DNA from: Phenylobacterium sp.
GTDB taxonomy: Bacteria; Pseudomonadota; Alphaproteobacteria; Caulobacterales; Caulobacteraceae
NCBI RefSeq assembly: GCF_041913825.1
Contig: NZ_JAYSEO010000008.1
Coordinates: forward strand, 128,047-192,046
Direction of reading: 5' to 3'
Length of the DNA: 64,000 bases
The position numbers and the translations under genes were made by a program. Position 1 is the stretch's first letter; each line of letters starts with the position of its first letter. Below, in pieces: positions 25,811-35,605 of the stretch. Below the pieces are notes generated by a model. It was not told the DNA's origin and did not search any database. It was given only the letters and a program-made list of their open reading frames with translations.

Positions 25811-27546
25811 TAGCCCAGCGCGACGCCTTCCCGGCGCGGGTCGGCGCCGCCGCGCAGCCTGCCGTCCGGCAGCCGCTCGATCCCGTGCAGGCCCGAGCCC
25901 TCCGCCCCGGCGCCCGGCCGGAGTTGGACCCCGCGCGCGGCGAGGCCCTCCACGAGCGGCTGCGGGAACTTGTCCACCTCGGCCGCATAGAACGAGCCCG
26001 AGGCGATCAGGTTGGGCAGGTTGATGGCCTCCTGCACCGGCAGCTCCCAGTCCAGCATCCCGGCCAGGGTCTTCAGGTTGTAGGCGAGGATCGCCGGCCC
26101 GCCCGGCGAACCCACCGCGGCGACGAACCGGCCCTGGCGATCCAGCACCACGGCCGGCGCCATGGACGACCTCGGCCGCTTGCCGCCGGCCACCGCATTG
26201 GCAGCGGGCGTCCCGTCCGTGTTGGCCGGCTGGAAGGAGAAGTCGGTGAGCTGGTTGTTCAGGAAGAAGCCGGCCACCATCCGGCCGGAGCCGAAGATGC
26301 TCTCCACAGTCGTCGTCATGGAGACCGCATTGCCGGCCGCGTCCACCACGGCGAAGTGAGTCGTGCCGGCCACCTCCTTCGTGCGGTCGGGCGCGCGCAC
26401 GCCGGCGCCGCGCGGGCTGCCGGCGGGCGGCGGCGGACCGGCCTTGGCGGGGTCGATCAGGCGCGCCCGGGCGTCGAGATAGGCCGGCTCGAGCAGGCCC
26501 TCCACCGGGACGTCCACGAAGGCGGGGTCGCCGATGTAGCGGTCGCGGTCGGCGTACATCAGCCGGCTCGCCTGGCTGAACAGGTACCAGCCCTGCGGGT
26601 CCTGCGGGCCGCGCTCGGCGATATCCGTGCGCTCGAGCAGCCCCAGCCCCTGCAGCACCGCCGGACCTCCCGAGGGCGCGCCAGGCGTGCACACCACATA
26701 GGCCCGGAACGGACGGCAGACGGCGGGCGCCTTGCGCGGCCGGTAGGCCTTCAGGTCGGCCAGCGTCATCGCGCCGGGCAGCGGCTCCTGGCCCAGGCGC
26801 GCGACGATGGCCTCGGCGATCGAGCCCTCGAGGATGGCGCGCGGCCCCTCGGCCGCGATCTTCCGCACCGTCTCGGCGTAGGCGGGGTTCCGGAAGGTGT
26901 CGCCCGGCCGGATGCGTGTCCCGTCCGGCTTGGTGAAGTAGCGCGCGGCGTCCGGCGTCTGCGCCTGGGGGGAGCGGCCGTTCGCCGCCTCGCCCATCCG
27001 CCGCGGGACCACGAAGCCATCATCGGCCAGCCGCTCGGCCTCGCCGAACAGCCGGCTCCACGCCAGCTTCCCATGGTCGGCGTGCGCCAAGGCCAGCATG
27101 GCGACGGCCCCCGGCACGCCGGTGGAGCGGCCGGACAGGATCGCCTCGGTGCGGTTCAGCGGCTTGCCGTCAGGCCCGAGGAACAGGTCGGGGGTGGCGG
27201 CGGCCGGCGCGGTTTCGCGGCCGTCATAGGCCGTCACCGAGCGCGTCCGGGCGTCGTAGTAGGTGAGGAAGGCGCCCCCGCCGAGGCCGGAGCTCTGCGG
27301 CTCGACCAGGCCGAGCACCGCCTGAACCGCCACCGCCGCGTCGACCGCCGAGCCGCCCTCGCGCAGCACCTTCAGCCCCGCCTCCACGGCCATCGGATTG
27401 GCCGCCGTCACCATGGCGTGGGCGGCGGTTCCCTGGGTGGTCGGCAGGCTGGCGGCGGGCGGGGCCGCCGGCGGGGCTCCGGTCGTGCCGCAGGCGGCGA
27501 GCACGCCCGCGAGGGCGACGGCGGTGAAACGCTTGAGGATCGGCAC
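25807..27546 (-). CDS. ggt: Gamma-glutamyltransferase (lipoprotein-type signal peptide)
   Basis: 579 aa. Signal ...LAGVLAACG. Catalytic-Thr region GTTHFAVVDAAGNAVSMTTT. GGAFL motif. Confidence 0.9.
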   Translation of the reverse strand: MPILKRFTAVALAGVLAACGTTGAPPAAPPAASLPTTQGTAAHAMVTAANPMAVEAGLKVLREGGSAVDAAVAVQAVLGLVEPQSSGLGGGAFLTYYDARTRSVTAYDGRETAPAAATPDLFLGPDGKPLNRTEAILSGRSTGVPGAVAMLALAHADHGKLAWSRLFGEAERLADDGFVVPRRMGEAANGRSPQAQTPDAARYFTKPDGTRIRPGDTFRNPAYAETVRKIAAEGPRAILEGSIAEAIVARLGQEPLPGAMTLADLKAYRPRKAPAVCRPFRAYVVCTPGAPSGGPAVLQGLGLLERTDIAERGPQDPQGWYLFSQASRLMYADRDRYIGDPAFVDVPVEGLLEPAYLDARARLIDPAKAGPPPPAGSPRGAGVRAPDRTKEVAGTTHFAVVDAAGNAVSMTTTVESIFGSGRMVAGFFLNNQLTDFSFQPANTDGTPAANAVAGGKRPRSSMAPAVVLDRQGRFVAAVGSPGGPAILAYNLKTLAGMLDWELPVQEAINLPNLIASGSFYAAEVDKFPQPLVEGLAARGVQLRPGAGAEGSGLHGIERLPDGRLRGGADPRREGVALGY

Positions 27547-27631
27547 TGGCAGGCGGGCTCCGTCTTGGCGCGGACAGCATTAAGGCCCGAGCGCGTGGAC
27601 AACAAACGCCAAGGCGTGCGAGCCCTTCGTC

Positions 27632-28654
27632 ATGCAGCCTTCCCGCGCCGGCGCCCGCAACCTGATCACCGACGTTCCCGGCCTGAGGGTCGGCCAGGCG
27701 CACGACGCGCGCGCCCGCACCGGGGTCACGGTGATCGTGCCCGACGACCGCGCAGTCTGCGCCGTGGACGTGCGGGGCGGCGGCCCAGGCACCCGGGAGA
27801 CCGACGCGCTGGCGCCCGAGAACCTGGTCGACGCCGTGGACGCCGTCGTCCTCTCCGGCGGCTCCGTCTACGGCCTGGCGGCCGCCGACGGCGTGGTGGC
27901 CTGGCTGGGCGCCCGGGGCCGCGGCTATGCGCTCGCGGCCGCCACGGACGTGCCGCCCTCGCCCGTCGTGCCCGCCGCCATCCTGTTCGACATGGCCAAT
28001 GGCGGCGACAAGGCCTGGGGCGAGGCGCCGCCGCACCGCGAACTCGGCCGACAGGCGGTGGCCGCCGCCGCGCACGACGTTTTGCTCGGGACCGCCGGCG
28101 CGGGTTACGGCGCGATGGCCGGCGGGCTGAAGGGCGGCGTCGGCTCGGCCTCGGTGGTCAGCGGCGACGGCTATACGGTGGGCGCGCTGGCCGCCGTGAA
28201 CTGCTTCGGCTCGGTGGTGGCGCCCGGCGGACGCACCTTCTGGGCGACGCCTTACGAGATCGGCGACGAGTTCGGCGGCCTCGGGCCTGCGGGGCTCCGC
28301 GCCGACCCCGAGGACTGGGGGCTCGCCAAGGCCGCCGGGGCGCTGCGCAACACCACCATCGCCTGCGTGGCCACCGACGCCGCCTTGACCCCCGCCCAGG
28401 CCAAGCGGTTGGCGGTGATGGCCCAGGACGGATTCGCCCGCGCCATCCGCCCGGTGCACGCGCCGTTCGACGGCGACGTGGTGTTCGCGCTCTCGACTGG
28501 CGCCCGGCCGCTCGTGGAGCCGGCGAACTTCACCCTCGGCCGGCTCGGCTCCCTCGCGGCCGATTGTCTCGCCCGCGCCGTCGCCCGAGGCGTCCATGCG
28601 GCGGGTCCCTGGCCAGGGTCGAATGTCGTTTGCTGGAGCGAGCTTCCGAGCTGA
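27632..28654 (+). CDS. P1/S58 family peptidase (DmpA/BapA-like aminopeptidase)
   Basis: NLITDVPGLRVGQA, TGVTVIV, GGGPGTRE and LSGGSVYGL motifs. Confidence 0.85.
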   Translation: MQPSRAGARNLITDVPGLRVGQAHDARARTGVTVIVPDDRAVCAVDVRGGGPGTRETDALAPENLVDAVDAVVLSGGSVYGLAAADGVVAWLGARGRGYALAAATDVPPSPVVPAAILFDMANGGDKAWGEAPPHRELGRQAVAAAAHDVLLGTAGAGYGAMAGGLKGGVGSASVVSGDGYTVGALAAVNCFGSVVAPGGRTFWATPYEIGDEFGGLGPAGLRADPEDWGLAKAAGALRNTTIACVATDAALTPAQAKRLAVMAQDGFARAIRPVHAPFDGDVVFALSTGARPLVEPANFTLGRLGSLAADCLARAVARGVHAAGPWPGSNVVCWSELPS

Positions 28655-28704
28655 CGGGCACGCTGCTAAGCGGAGCCGTAACGAAGTTCGGGAGACGCAG
28701 TGAG

Positions 28705-29961
28705 ATGAATTCGGGGGTGAAGCTGGCGCTCGTCGCCGCGGCAGGGACTCTGGCCGGGAGCGCGGGCGCGCAGCCCGCGCAGAAGGTGACCGGGCCGGTG
28801 GCCACCTATTGGGTGGGCGCCCAGACGCAGACGGGCTTCGGCATGCCGGGCGGCGGCGGCCGTCCCTCGCCGGCGCAGATGATGCAGATGATGCGCGGCG
28901 GCGCGGTCTCGAAGACGCTCAGCCTGCAGCTCGGCTCGGCCACCCGTCCGACCGGCGATCCTGCCGCCGAGCACCTGCCGCCGGCCGGACTGAGGGCCGG
29001 CCAGAGCCTGCCCCTCGTGACGCCACGGCAGGAGCCCCGGCAGCCGACGGAGGACACCCCGTCGCTTCCGCAGGACTTCGAGCGGCCAAAGGGCAGGATG
29101 CTGATCTTCTGGGGCTGCGGCGAGCGCGCCCGCCCCGGCCAGCCGGTGGTGATCGACTTCGCCAAGATGCAGCCCGGGAAGATGCCGCCGGGCTTCGAGG
29201 CGCTGGGCCGCGGCCTGAACCTCACCGCCATGCAGGGTCCCTCGCCGGGCCGCAGCGCCACCTACGGCGAATGGCCCAATGAGAAAACCCGCACCCAGGT
29301 GCCCGGCGACGGCTCGCTGGTCGGCGAGCACACCGTGCGCGGCAACTACAGCCCGCAGATCCGCTTCGCGCTCAGCCAGTCGCAGGACTTCCTGGGCCCG
29401 CTGACCCTGACCACCAACGCCAGGGCCGCGGCCGGCCATGGCCAGCTCGGCTGGAGCGCCGTGCCGAACGCCCAGGCCTATCTGGCCAGCGCCGTGGGGG
29501 GCGGCCAGGACACCGTGGTGTTGTGGACCTCTTCCGAGACCCAGGCCGCGACCTTCGCCCTGCCCGACTACATCGCCCCGGGCGACCTCACCCGGCTGGT
29601 GGCGTCGAAAGCGCTGATGGGCCCGCAGACCACGAGCTGCGCGGTGCCGAAGGAGGTGCTGGACGCCGCGCCGCAGGCCATGGTCCAGCTCGCCGCCTAC
29701 GGGCCGGAGGCCAACTTCGTCTACCCGCCGCGTCCATCCGATCCGAAGGTTGCCTGGAACCGGGAATGGGCCGTGAAGGTGCGCTACCGCTCCGCCACGG
29801 GCGGATTGCTCGGCCAGCCGATGCCCGGCATGGGCGCGCAGGACGACGACAGGGCTCCTGGGCGGGCCGACGCGCCCCCGCCGCCCTCCAAGTCCGACCG
29901 CCGCCGCCAGATCATGAAGGGCCTCGGCGGGGCGCTGGGCGTGCCCGTGCCGATCCCCTGA
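28705..29961 (+). CDS. Secreted hypothetical protein
   Basis: C-terminal 418 aa of the shadow-fused ORF 25885..29961. ATG 28705. Signal peptide MNSGVKLALVAAAGTLAGSAGAQ. High GC3. No family recognised. Confidence 0.65.
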   Translation: MNSGVKLALVAAAGTLAGSAGAQPAQKVTGPVATYWVGAQTQTGFGMPGGGGRPSPAQMMQMMRGGAVSKTLSLQLGSATRPTGDPAAEHLPPAGLRAGQSLPLVTPRQEPRQPTEDTPSLPQDFERPKGRMLIFWGCGERARPGQPVVIDFAKMQPGKMPPGFEALGRGLNLTAMQGPSPGRSATYGEWPNEKTRTQVPGDGSLVGEHTVRGNYSPQIRFALSQSQDFLGPLTLTTNARAAAGHGQLGWSAVPNAQAYLASAVGGGQDTVVLWTSSETQAATFALPDYIAPGDLTRLVASKALMGPQTTSCAVPKEVLDAAPQAMVQLAAYGPEANFVYPPRPSDPKVAWNREWAVKVRYRSATGGLLGQPMPGMGAQDDDRAPGRADAPPPPSKSDRRRQIMKGLGGALGVPVPIP

Positions 29962-29969
29962 GGCTGCGG

Positions 29970-30000
29970 CCGGCCGCCGACTTGCGCTTCGGGCGGCCGG
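29970..30000 (+). terminator. GC-rich hairpin downstream of the secreted-protein gene (no U tract)
   Basis: The 9-bp stem ccggccgcc (29970-29978) pairs with ggcggccgg (29992-30000), with a 13-nt loop. It begins 9 nt after the stop codon. Confidence 0.4.
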
Positions 30001-30217
30001 GTCTCGGATCCGCGGCGTAGGACGGCCACGCGCCGCTCCCTACCTCGCCGGCGCGGTGCTGGATCCGTCGGCCTACGGAGCGCTCTCCGAGGGCGTGGAG
30101 ACCGGCTTCTTCCCTGCCTATCGTGCCCTGCGACGCGACTTACGAAAAGCGTGACGGAGGGGGTTGCGCTTTCCGCCGGGCCTGACTAGGTTCCGCGCCC
30201 TCGCCGTAAGGCAGTGC

Positions 30218-30294
30218 GCGCCCGTAGCTCAGCTGGATAGAGCATCAGACTACGAATCTGAGGGTCGGACGTTCGAATCGTTCCGGGCGCGCCA
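30218..30294 (+). tRNA. tRNA-Arg (anticodon ACG)
   Basis: Manual cloverleaf: acceptor GCGCCCG/CGGGCGC, D arm GCTC-AGCTGGATA-GAGC, anticodon arm TCAGA-CTACGAA-TCTGA, T arm GGACG-TTCGAAT-CGTTC, discriminator G, encoded CCA. Confidence 0.9.
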
Positions 30295-30310
30295 TCTTCT
30301 TCCAGAAGAT
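30294..30310 (+). terminator. Short hairpin abutting the tRNA 3' end
   Basis: atcttct-tcc-agaagat, a perfect 7-bp stem with a 3-nt loop. AT-rich for this genome. Confidence 0.4.
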
Positions 30311-30355
30311 CAGTGAGACGACGCCCTGCCGCGAAGTTCGCCGACGCGTTGGCGG

Positions 30356-31888
30356 TCAGCCGCCGGCGCGTTCGAAGGCAGTGGCCAGGCGGTTGCGACG
30401 GACGGCAGGCCAGAGGACGTTCCCCGCGAGGGCCAGGCCCATCAGGGTCATGACGAGACTTGGGCCCAGCGCCGCCGGCGCGACGCTCCGGAACACCGCC
30501 AGATGGGCCAGCGGCAGCAGCAGCAACGAGAGCGCGAACACCGCCTTCGCCGCGGCCGACCAGACCGGCTGCGGCGCCTGGGACACGGCCGCAAGCGCCC
30601 CCGCGCCGACGCCCGCCGTGGCGAGCAGGGCCCAGAAGACCGCCACCGGGCTCCAGCCCAGCAGCAGGTAGGCCGACGCCGCCAGCGGCAGCGCCGCGGG
30701 CATCCCCCACACGAACACCGTCCAGATCCGGTGCAGGCGCGGACGCGGCCGCCCCCTCTCCGCGGACTTCACGAGCCAGATGTCCATGCCCGTGGCGCAG
30801 ATCACACACAGGCCGAGCCCCAGCACCGCGTAGGCGACCTTCACCCAGATCCCTCCGAAGGAGCCGAAGTGCAGCGGGTAGAGGCTGGCATAGGCCTGCT
30901 TGCCCGCGGGGCCGTCGTCGAGCCCTGCGCGCGCGTGCAGCCGTCCCTGCGCGTCGAACCGGAAGATCTCGCCGTAGGCGGTGCTCTGCGGCGGGATGGC
31001 CGTGATCTCCAGGTGCTCGTCCGGCTTCCCGGCCTTGTGCAGGACCACCCACATGGGCCGCGCCTCCGGCGCCTTCGCCTGCATCTCCGAGAGGGCGCGC
31101 AGCACGGCGCCGTCGGCCAGACGGGCCCCGCCCATAAGGGCGCGGGTCTCCGCCTCGGTTCCGAACACCGGCTCGAAGGCCTTGGTGACGTCGCCGCCGT
31201 GGACGGCCAAGGCGAGGGCGAAGCCGACCACCTGGGCCAGCCCGATCACTGCGCCGGTGAGCGCAATGGCGATGTGGAACGGCGCGGCCCAGACGCCCAG
31301 CCGGTTGTGGACATCGGTGAGCGCCAGGCGCCGCCCGGCGCTCGGCCGCAGCAGGAAGGCGTCCTTCAGGATCCGCGGGTGGGCCAGGAGGCCGCCGACG
31401 ATCAGCGCCAGCAGGCCCACGCCCAGCAGCCCGACCAGCAGCAGGCCGACCCCGCCCGGAATGTGGAGCTGGTAGTGCAGCTCGACCAGGAAGTGGGTGA
31501 TCGGATGGCCCGCGTCGCCGGCCGGCGCGCCCGCCGCGTCGTAGGCCTGCGCCACCTCGCCATACGAGGCGGTGAGCCGCGGGAGCTGCGGCGTCGGCAG
31601 GACTACGAACAGATCCTCGAACAGCGGGTTCTTTGGGGGGTCGGCCAGCATCCGCGCACGCCCGTCGGCCACGACGCGCGCGACGGCCTCGGGCGAGGCT
31701 TCGGACATCTCCGGCAGCGCCGGTTTTTCCCAGCGCTCCAGGTCCTGGTAGAAGACCGCCGCCGTGCCGCTGACGCAGACCAGGTACATCAGCGCGGCGA
31801 GCCACAGGCCGAGCACCTTGTGGCCGGCGAGCTGGTCCTTGACGAAGGCGGGGCTGAGCTTGGGCCAAACGGCGCGGGCGGCGGGCAT
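30356..31888 (-). CDS. PepSY-associated TM helix protein (PiuB-like, iron-uptake associated)
   Basis: 510 aa. AGHKVLGLWLAALMYLVCVSGTAAVF N-terminal pattern and 4+ TM segments. Sits downstream of the TonB receptor. Confidence 0.85.
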   Translation of the reverse strand: MPAARAVWPKLSPAFVKDQLAGHKVLGLWLAALMYLVCVSGTAAVFYQDLERWEKPALPEMSEASPEAVARVVADGRARMLADPPKNPLFEDLFVVLPTPQLPRLTASYGEVAQAYDAAGAPAGDAGHPITHFLVELHYQLHIPGGVGLLLVGLLGVGLLALIVGGLLAHPRILKDAFLLRPSAGRRLALTDVHNRLGVWAAPFHIAIALTGAVIGLAQVVGFALALAVHGGDVTKAFEPVFGTEAETRALMGGARLADGAVLRALSEMQAKAPEARPMWVVLHKAGKPDEHLEITAIPPQSTAYGEIFRFDAQGRLHARAGLDDGPAGKQAYASLYPLHFGSFGGIWVKVAYAVLGLGLCVICATGMDIWLVKSAERGRPRPRLHRIWTVFVWGMPAALPLAASAYLLLGWSPVAVFWALLATAGVGAGALAAVSQAPQPVWSAAAKAVFALSLLLLPLAHLAVFRSVAPAALGPSLVMTLMGLALAGNVLWPAVRRNRLATAFERAGG

Positions 31889-31891
31889 GGG

Positions 31892-32488
31892 TCAGGCTCC
31901 GGAGAGGCGGGCCGCGGCGCCAGCGGCGGCGCAGGCCACGGTCGCGGCGAGCACGACGGCGTTCACGCGCCAGGGACGGCGCGACGCCGAGACGGCGACG
32001 AGCACGGCGGCGAGGGCGAGCGGGGCGGCGGTGGCCGCGCCCATCAGCTTGTCCGCGTCGCCGCCGGGGCCGAGCAGGCGCCAGGCGATGGCGGCGGCGA
32101 CCGCCAGCGCCGGGCCGGCGACCAGCGCGCCGATCACGCGGGCGGCCGTACGCGAGCCGAAGCCGGCCGGCAGACCGGCGGCCTCGCGCGCCTCCAGCCG
32201 GGGCGGCCTCGGCGACAAGGCGCCTGTCCGGAAGACCGGCGCGAGCACCAGGGCGAGCGCCAGGCTGATGACGAGGAGGGCGGCCACCGAAACGCCCCAC
32301 AATGGTCGGCTGGCCAGCGCCAGGACCGCGTGGGCGGCCGCAATCAGCGCCCACCCGGCGGCGACGGTGAAGCGCCCCGGTCCCGCGGCCACCGGCCCGC
32401 GCCGCCAGGCGGTCCGCAGCACCAGCAGACCGCCCAGGGCGCCCACGGCGGCGGCGAGGCCGCCCAGGGCGAGGGGCGTCATGCTCAC
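31892..32488 (-). CDS. Hypothetical inner-membrane protein
   Basis: 198 aa, Ala/Leu-rich multi-TM. GTG 32488 overlaps the receptor stop (GTGA); an alternative ATG is at 32482. Confidence 0.5.
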   Translation of the reverse strand: MSMTPLALGGLAAAVGALGGLLVLRTAWRRGPVAAGPGRFTVAAGWALIAAAHAVLALASRPLWGVSVAALLVISLALALVLAPVFRTGALSPRPPRLEAREAAGLPAGFGSRTAARVIGALVAGPALAVAAAIAWRLLGPGGDADKLMGAATAAPLALAAVLVAVSASRRPWRVNAVVLAATVACAAAGAAARLSGA

Positions 32489-34599
32489 CAGGCCCTCTTA
32501 AGGCCGACCTGCACCTGCCGCTCGGCGCCGTACCAGCACCAGGCGACCGAATAGCAGGTGGAGACATGGTCGTTGTCGAACAGGTTGGAGACGGTGAGAT
32601 CCGCGCGCCACCCGTCGAGCGCCGCGTGGAACCGGTCGAGATCCGCCTGGATGGACAGATCGAACAGGGTGTAGGGGTCGACCTTGAAGGTGTTGGCTGC
32701 GTCGCCCCAGGTCTCGCCCACGTAGCGCACGCCGCCCGACAGGGTGAGGCCCGCCAGCCCCGCCTGGGCCGGCCGCCAGGTGAGCCAGAGCGATGCGGTG
32801 CGGTCGGCGGAGCCCACCGGGGTCTTTCCGAGCAGCCCATCGTTGTCCTTGGTGTACTCGAGGTCGAGCACGGTGAGCGCGAGCTGGGCCTCCAGCACCG
32901 GCAGGACGCGGGCATTGGCTTCCAGCTCGACGCCGCGCGAGGTGAGCTCGCCGCCCTGGATCGAGAAGCCAGGGTTGGCCGGGTCGGCGGTCAGCGCCTT
33001 GTCCCGCGTCAGGTCGAAGGCCGACACCGCCACGTAAATCCCGCGGGAGACGTCCTCGTACTTGAGGCCGACCTCGAACTGCTCCCCGCGCATGGGGTCG
33101 AACGGCTGGCCGGCCACGTCCGTGCCCGAGACCGGCTCGAACGAGGTCGACCACGAGGCGTAGGGGGCGAAGCCCGAGGCGAAGTGGTAGAGCACGCCGA
33201 CGCGCCCGGTGGTGGCCTCCTGGTCGATCTCCGAGCGCTGGCCGCTCAGCCGCTCGAGCTGGTCCTTTTCGTACTGGTCGCGGCGGACGCCCCCGATGGC
33301 CACCAGCCCGCCCAGCTTCACTTGGTCCTGCAGGTAGAAGCCCTTCTGAGTCGCCTCGATGTCGAAGTCGTAGAAGGGCGTGGGCGCGGGGATGGCCTGG
33401 CCATAGACCGGGGCGAACAGGTCGATGGACGGCGCCGCGCCGTAGCCGATCCGGCCGTCGAGCCGGGTCCTCTGGTAGTCGAAGCCAAAGAGCGCCTCGT
33501 GCTTGAGCGAGCCGGTCTCGAACCGCAGGTGGCCCTGGGTGTCCACGGCGATGGCGTCGAGGTCCTCCTGCGAGAAGGCGGTGGCGCGGGCCAGCGTCCG
33601 GTTGTCCGGCAGCAGGGCGGTCCCGTAGAGCTGGCCGTAGTCGACGACGACGTGGTTGTAGCGGGCGTTCTGGCGCAGGGTGAAGGTCTCGCCGAACCGC
33701 TTCTCGAAGATGTAGCCGAGCGACCAGCTCTCGCGGTCGAACCGCTCGAAGTTGGGATCGCCGTCGTAGAAGTCGGTGGGGACCTTGCCGAGCGGGTTGG
33801 GCAGGGTCGAGCCGACCGCCGGCACGCCGCCGTAGCTTGCCGACTTCGGATCGCTCTGCCAGCGGCCGAGCAGGGTGAGCTGGGTGTCCGGGTCGAAATC
33901 GATGCGCAGCGAAGGCGCGATCAGCGTGCGCTCGAATTGCGTCAGCACGGCCTGGCCGTCGCCTTCCCGGTAGAGCGCCACCAGCCGGCCGGAAACTGGG
34001 CCGGCGATCGGTCCGCCCAGGTCGGCGTTGATCTCGCGCAGGTTGTTCGTGCCGAGCCGCGCCTCGAGCTCGCCCTGCGGCGCGAGCGGCGGCGTCTTGG
34101 AGCTGAAGTTGACGAAGCCGCCGGGCGGCGTGGCGCCATAGAGCACCGAGCCCGGGCCCTTCAGCACGTCGATGCGCTCGACGGTCGAGGCGTCCACCTG
34201 GTCGAAGGCGTACCAGCCGCCATAGGGCTGCTGCAGGCCGTCGAGGAAGTTGTTGATCTGATCGAACCCGCGCAGGACGAACTGGTCGTAGCGGGTGACC
34301 ACCCCGCCCCGGGTCTCCGACGTCACGCCCGCGGTGTAGCGGAGCGCCTGGTTCAGCGTCTGGACGCCGCGTAGGTCGAGCATCTCGCGGGTCAGCACCG
34401 ACACGCTCTGCGGCGTCTCGATGAGCGGCGCGTTGCTCTTCGTCGCCGAGACGGTGACCTTCTCGTCGCGATGGGCGGTCACGGTCACCTCGGTGACGGT
34501 GGGCGCCTCGTCGGCGATGTCGGCGAAAGCGGGGGCGGCGGCGGCTAGGGCCAGGGCGACGGCGGAGGTGCGGATCAGGTGGAGGCGGTGACGCAGCAT
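32485..34599 (-). CDS. TonB-dependent siderophore receptor
   Basis: ATG 34599 (MLRHRLHLIRTSAVALALAAAAPAFA signal). Plug motif ETPQSVSVLT. C-terminal ...VGLKRAW aromatic terminus. Confidence 0.9.
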   Translation of the reverse strand: MLRHRLHLIRTSAVALALAAAAPAFADIADEAPTVTEVTVTAHRDEKVTVSATKSNAPLIETPQSVSVLTREMLDLRGVQTLNQALRYTAGVTSETRGGVVTRYDQFVLRGFDQINNFLDGLQQPYGGWYAFDQVDASTVERIDVLKGPGSVLYGATPPGGFVNFSSKTPPLAPQGELEARLGTNNLREINADLGGPIAGPVSGRLVALYREGDGQAVLTQFERTLIAPSLRIDFDPDTQLTLLGRWQSDPKSASYGGVPAVGSTLPNPLGKVPTDFYDGDPNFERFDRESWSLGYIFEKRFGETFTLRQNARYNHVVVDYGQLYGTALLPDNRTLARATAFSQEDLDAIAVDTQGHLRFETGSLKHEALFGFDYQRTRLDGRIGYGAAPSIDLFAPVYGQAIPAPTPFYDFDIEATQKGFYLQDQVKLGGLVAIGGVRRDQYEKDQLERLSGQRSEIDQEATTGRVGVLYHFASGFAPYASWSTSFEPVSGTDVAGQPFDPMRGEQFEVGLKYEDVSRGIYVAVSAFDLTRDKALTADPANPGFSIQGGELTSRGVELEANARVLPVLEAQLALTVLDLEYTKDNDGLLGKTPVGSADRTASLWLTWRPAQAGLAGLTLSGGVRYVGETWGDAANTFKVDPYTLFDLSIQADLDRFHAALDGWRADLTVSNLFDNDHVSTCYSVAWCWYGAERQVQVGLKRAW

Positions 34600-34607
34600 G
34601 CCGCCCT

Positions 34608-34626
34608 GATAACGATACTCAGAATC
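34608..34626. promoter_or_regulatory. Candidate Fur box upstream of the TonB-dependent receptor
   Basis: GATAACGATACTCAGAATC matches the E. coli consensus GATAATGATAATCATTATC at 15/19 positions (my hand alignment). It lies 9-27 nt upstream of the start codon, in a local AT-rich patch. Confidence 0.55.
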
Positions 34627-34719
34627 ATTCGCAACTAGCGACAGCCAAGCCTGTCGGTCCCGCGGAGTTCGCCGGGCCCCGCGATCTGGACGGAGCAAAA
34701 GCCCTGGAGGCGCGCGAGC

Positions 34720-35514
34720 CTAGTCGGCGAAGCGCGGCTTGCGCTTCTCCAGGATGGCGGCGACGCCTTCCATGTGGTCCTCGGTGAGATGGCTGATCGC
34801 CTGGGCCGCGGCGCTCATCTCCATGATGGTGTCGTAGCTGGCGGTCTGGCCCTGCTTGAGCAGGGTCTTGGCGAGCCGCAGGGCGTGCGGCGGCTGCTCG
34901 GCGATGCGATTCGCGAGGTCGAGCGCCGCGTCCATCAGCGATTCGCGCGGCACGACCTTGGAGACCAGGCCCCAGTCGCAGGCGGTCCGGGCATCGATGA
35001 CGTCGCCGGTGAACAGGAGCTCGGCGGCGCGGCTCATGCCGATGGTCCGCGGCAGCAGCCAGGCGCCCCCGTCGCCGGGGATCAGGCCGAGCTTCAGGAA
35101 AGTCACCCCGAACTTCGCCTCCTCCGCGGCGATGCGGATGTCGGTCATGCAGGCGACGTCGCAGCCTAGGCCGATCGCGGGACCGTTCACCGCGGCGATC
35201 GAGGGGACCTCGAGGCCGTAGATGGCGCGGACGACGCGGTGGATGTTGCTGCGGTAGCCCTCGCGGATCTCCACGCCGGAGCCGGCGAAGGCGCCGGTGC
35301 GCGCCTGCATCGCCTTCACGTCACCGCCGGCGGAGAATGCGCGGCCGGCGCCGGTCAGCACCACGCAGCGGATCGAGGGATCGGCGTTGATCTCCGCACA
35401 GGCGGCGGCCACCTGGTCGCCGTCGCCGGGCGCGCCCAGCGCATTCATGGCGTCCGGCCGGTTGATCGTCAGCACGGCGATCTTGCCGCGGCGCTCGACA
35501 GTGAGCAGGTCCAT
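34720..35514 (-). CDS. Enoyl-CoA hydratase/isomerase (crotonase) family protein
   Basis: 264 aa. RPDAMNAL and AFSAGGDVKAM oxyanion-hole motifs. Confidence 0.88.
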   Translation of the reverse strand: MDLLTVERRGKIAVLTINRPDAMNALGAPGDGDQVAAACAEINADPSIRCVVLTGAGRAFSAGGDVKAMQARTGAFAGSGVEIREGYRSNIHRVVRAIYGLEVPSIAAVNGPAIGLGCDVACMTDIRIAAEEAKFGVTFLKLGLIPGDGGAWLLPRTIGMSRAAELLFTGDVIDARTACDWGLVSKVVPRESLMDAALDLANRIAEQPPHALRLAKTLLKQGQTASYDTIMEMSAAAQAISHLTEDHMEGVAAILEKRKPRFAD

Positions 35515-35605
35515 CCCCTCGTCTCCTCTGCGGGTCGTTTTGCAGAGGTCAGATGCGACGGGCGGGGCGGCTCATCCAGCGAATTGTTGGCGCGGAGCCT
35601 TGGGC

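Noticed and set aside
25885-29961. 1358-aa ORF on the plus strand, the longest in the track
   Set aside because: Most of it is the antisense or alternative frame of ggt, and an alternative frame of the S58 peptidase gene. Its translation is Arg/Gly/Pro/Ala-rich low-complexity. Only its last 418 codons (28705..29961, with a signal peptide) look like a real gene.
30186-32915. 909-aa minus-strand ORF running through the tRNA-Arg, PepSY and receptor genes
   Set aside because: It overlaps a tRNA and three recognisable genes in other frames, and it has low-complexity composition. The same reasoning applies to 50578..53184 (868 aa), 614..2239, 24311..26692 and similar track entries.
30218-34700. 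tRNA-Arg as attachment site of a genomic island
   Set aside because: No integrase or other mobility gene was found, and I saw no repeat of the tRNA 3' end downstream. The adjacent genes have the same high GC as the rest of the window.
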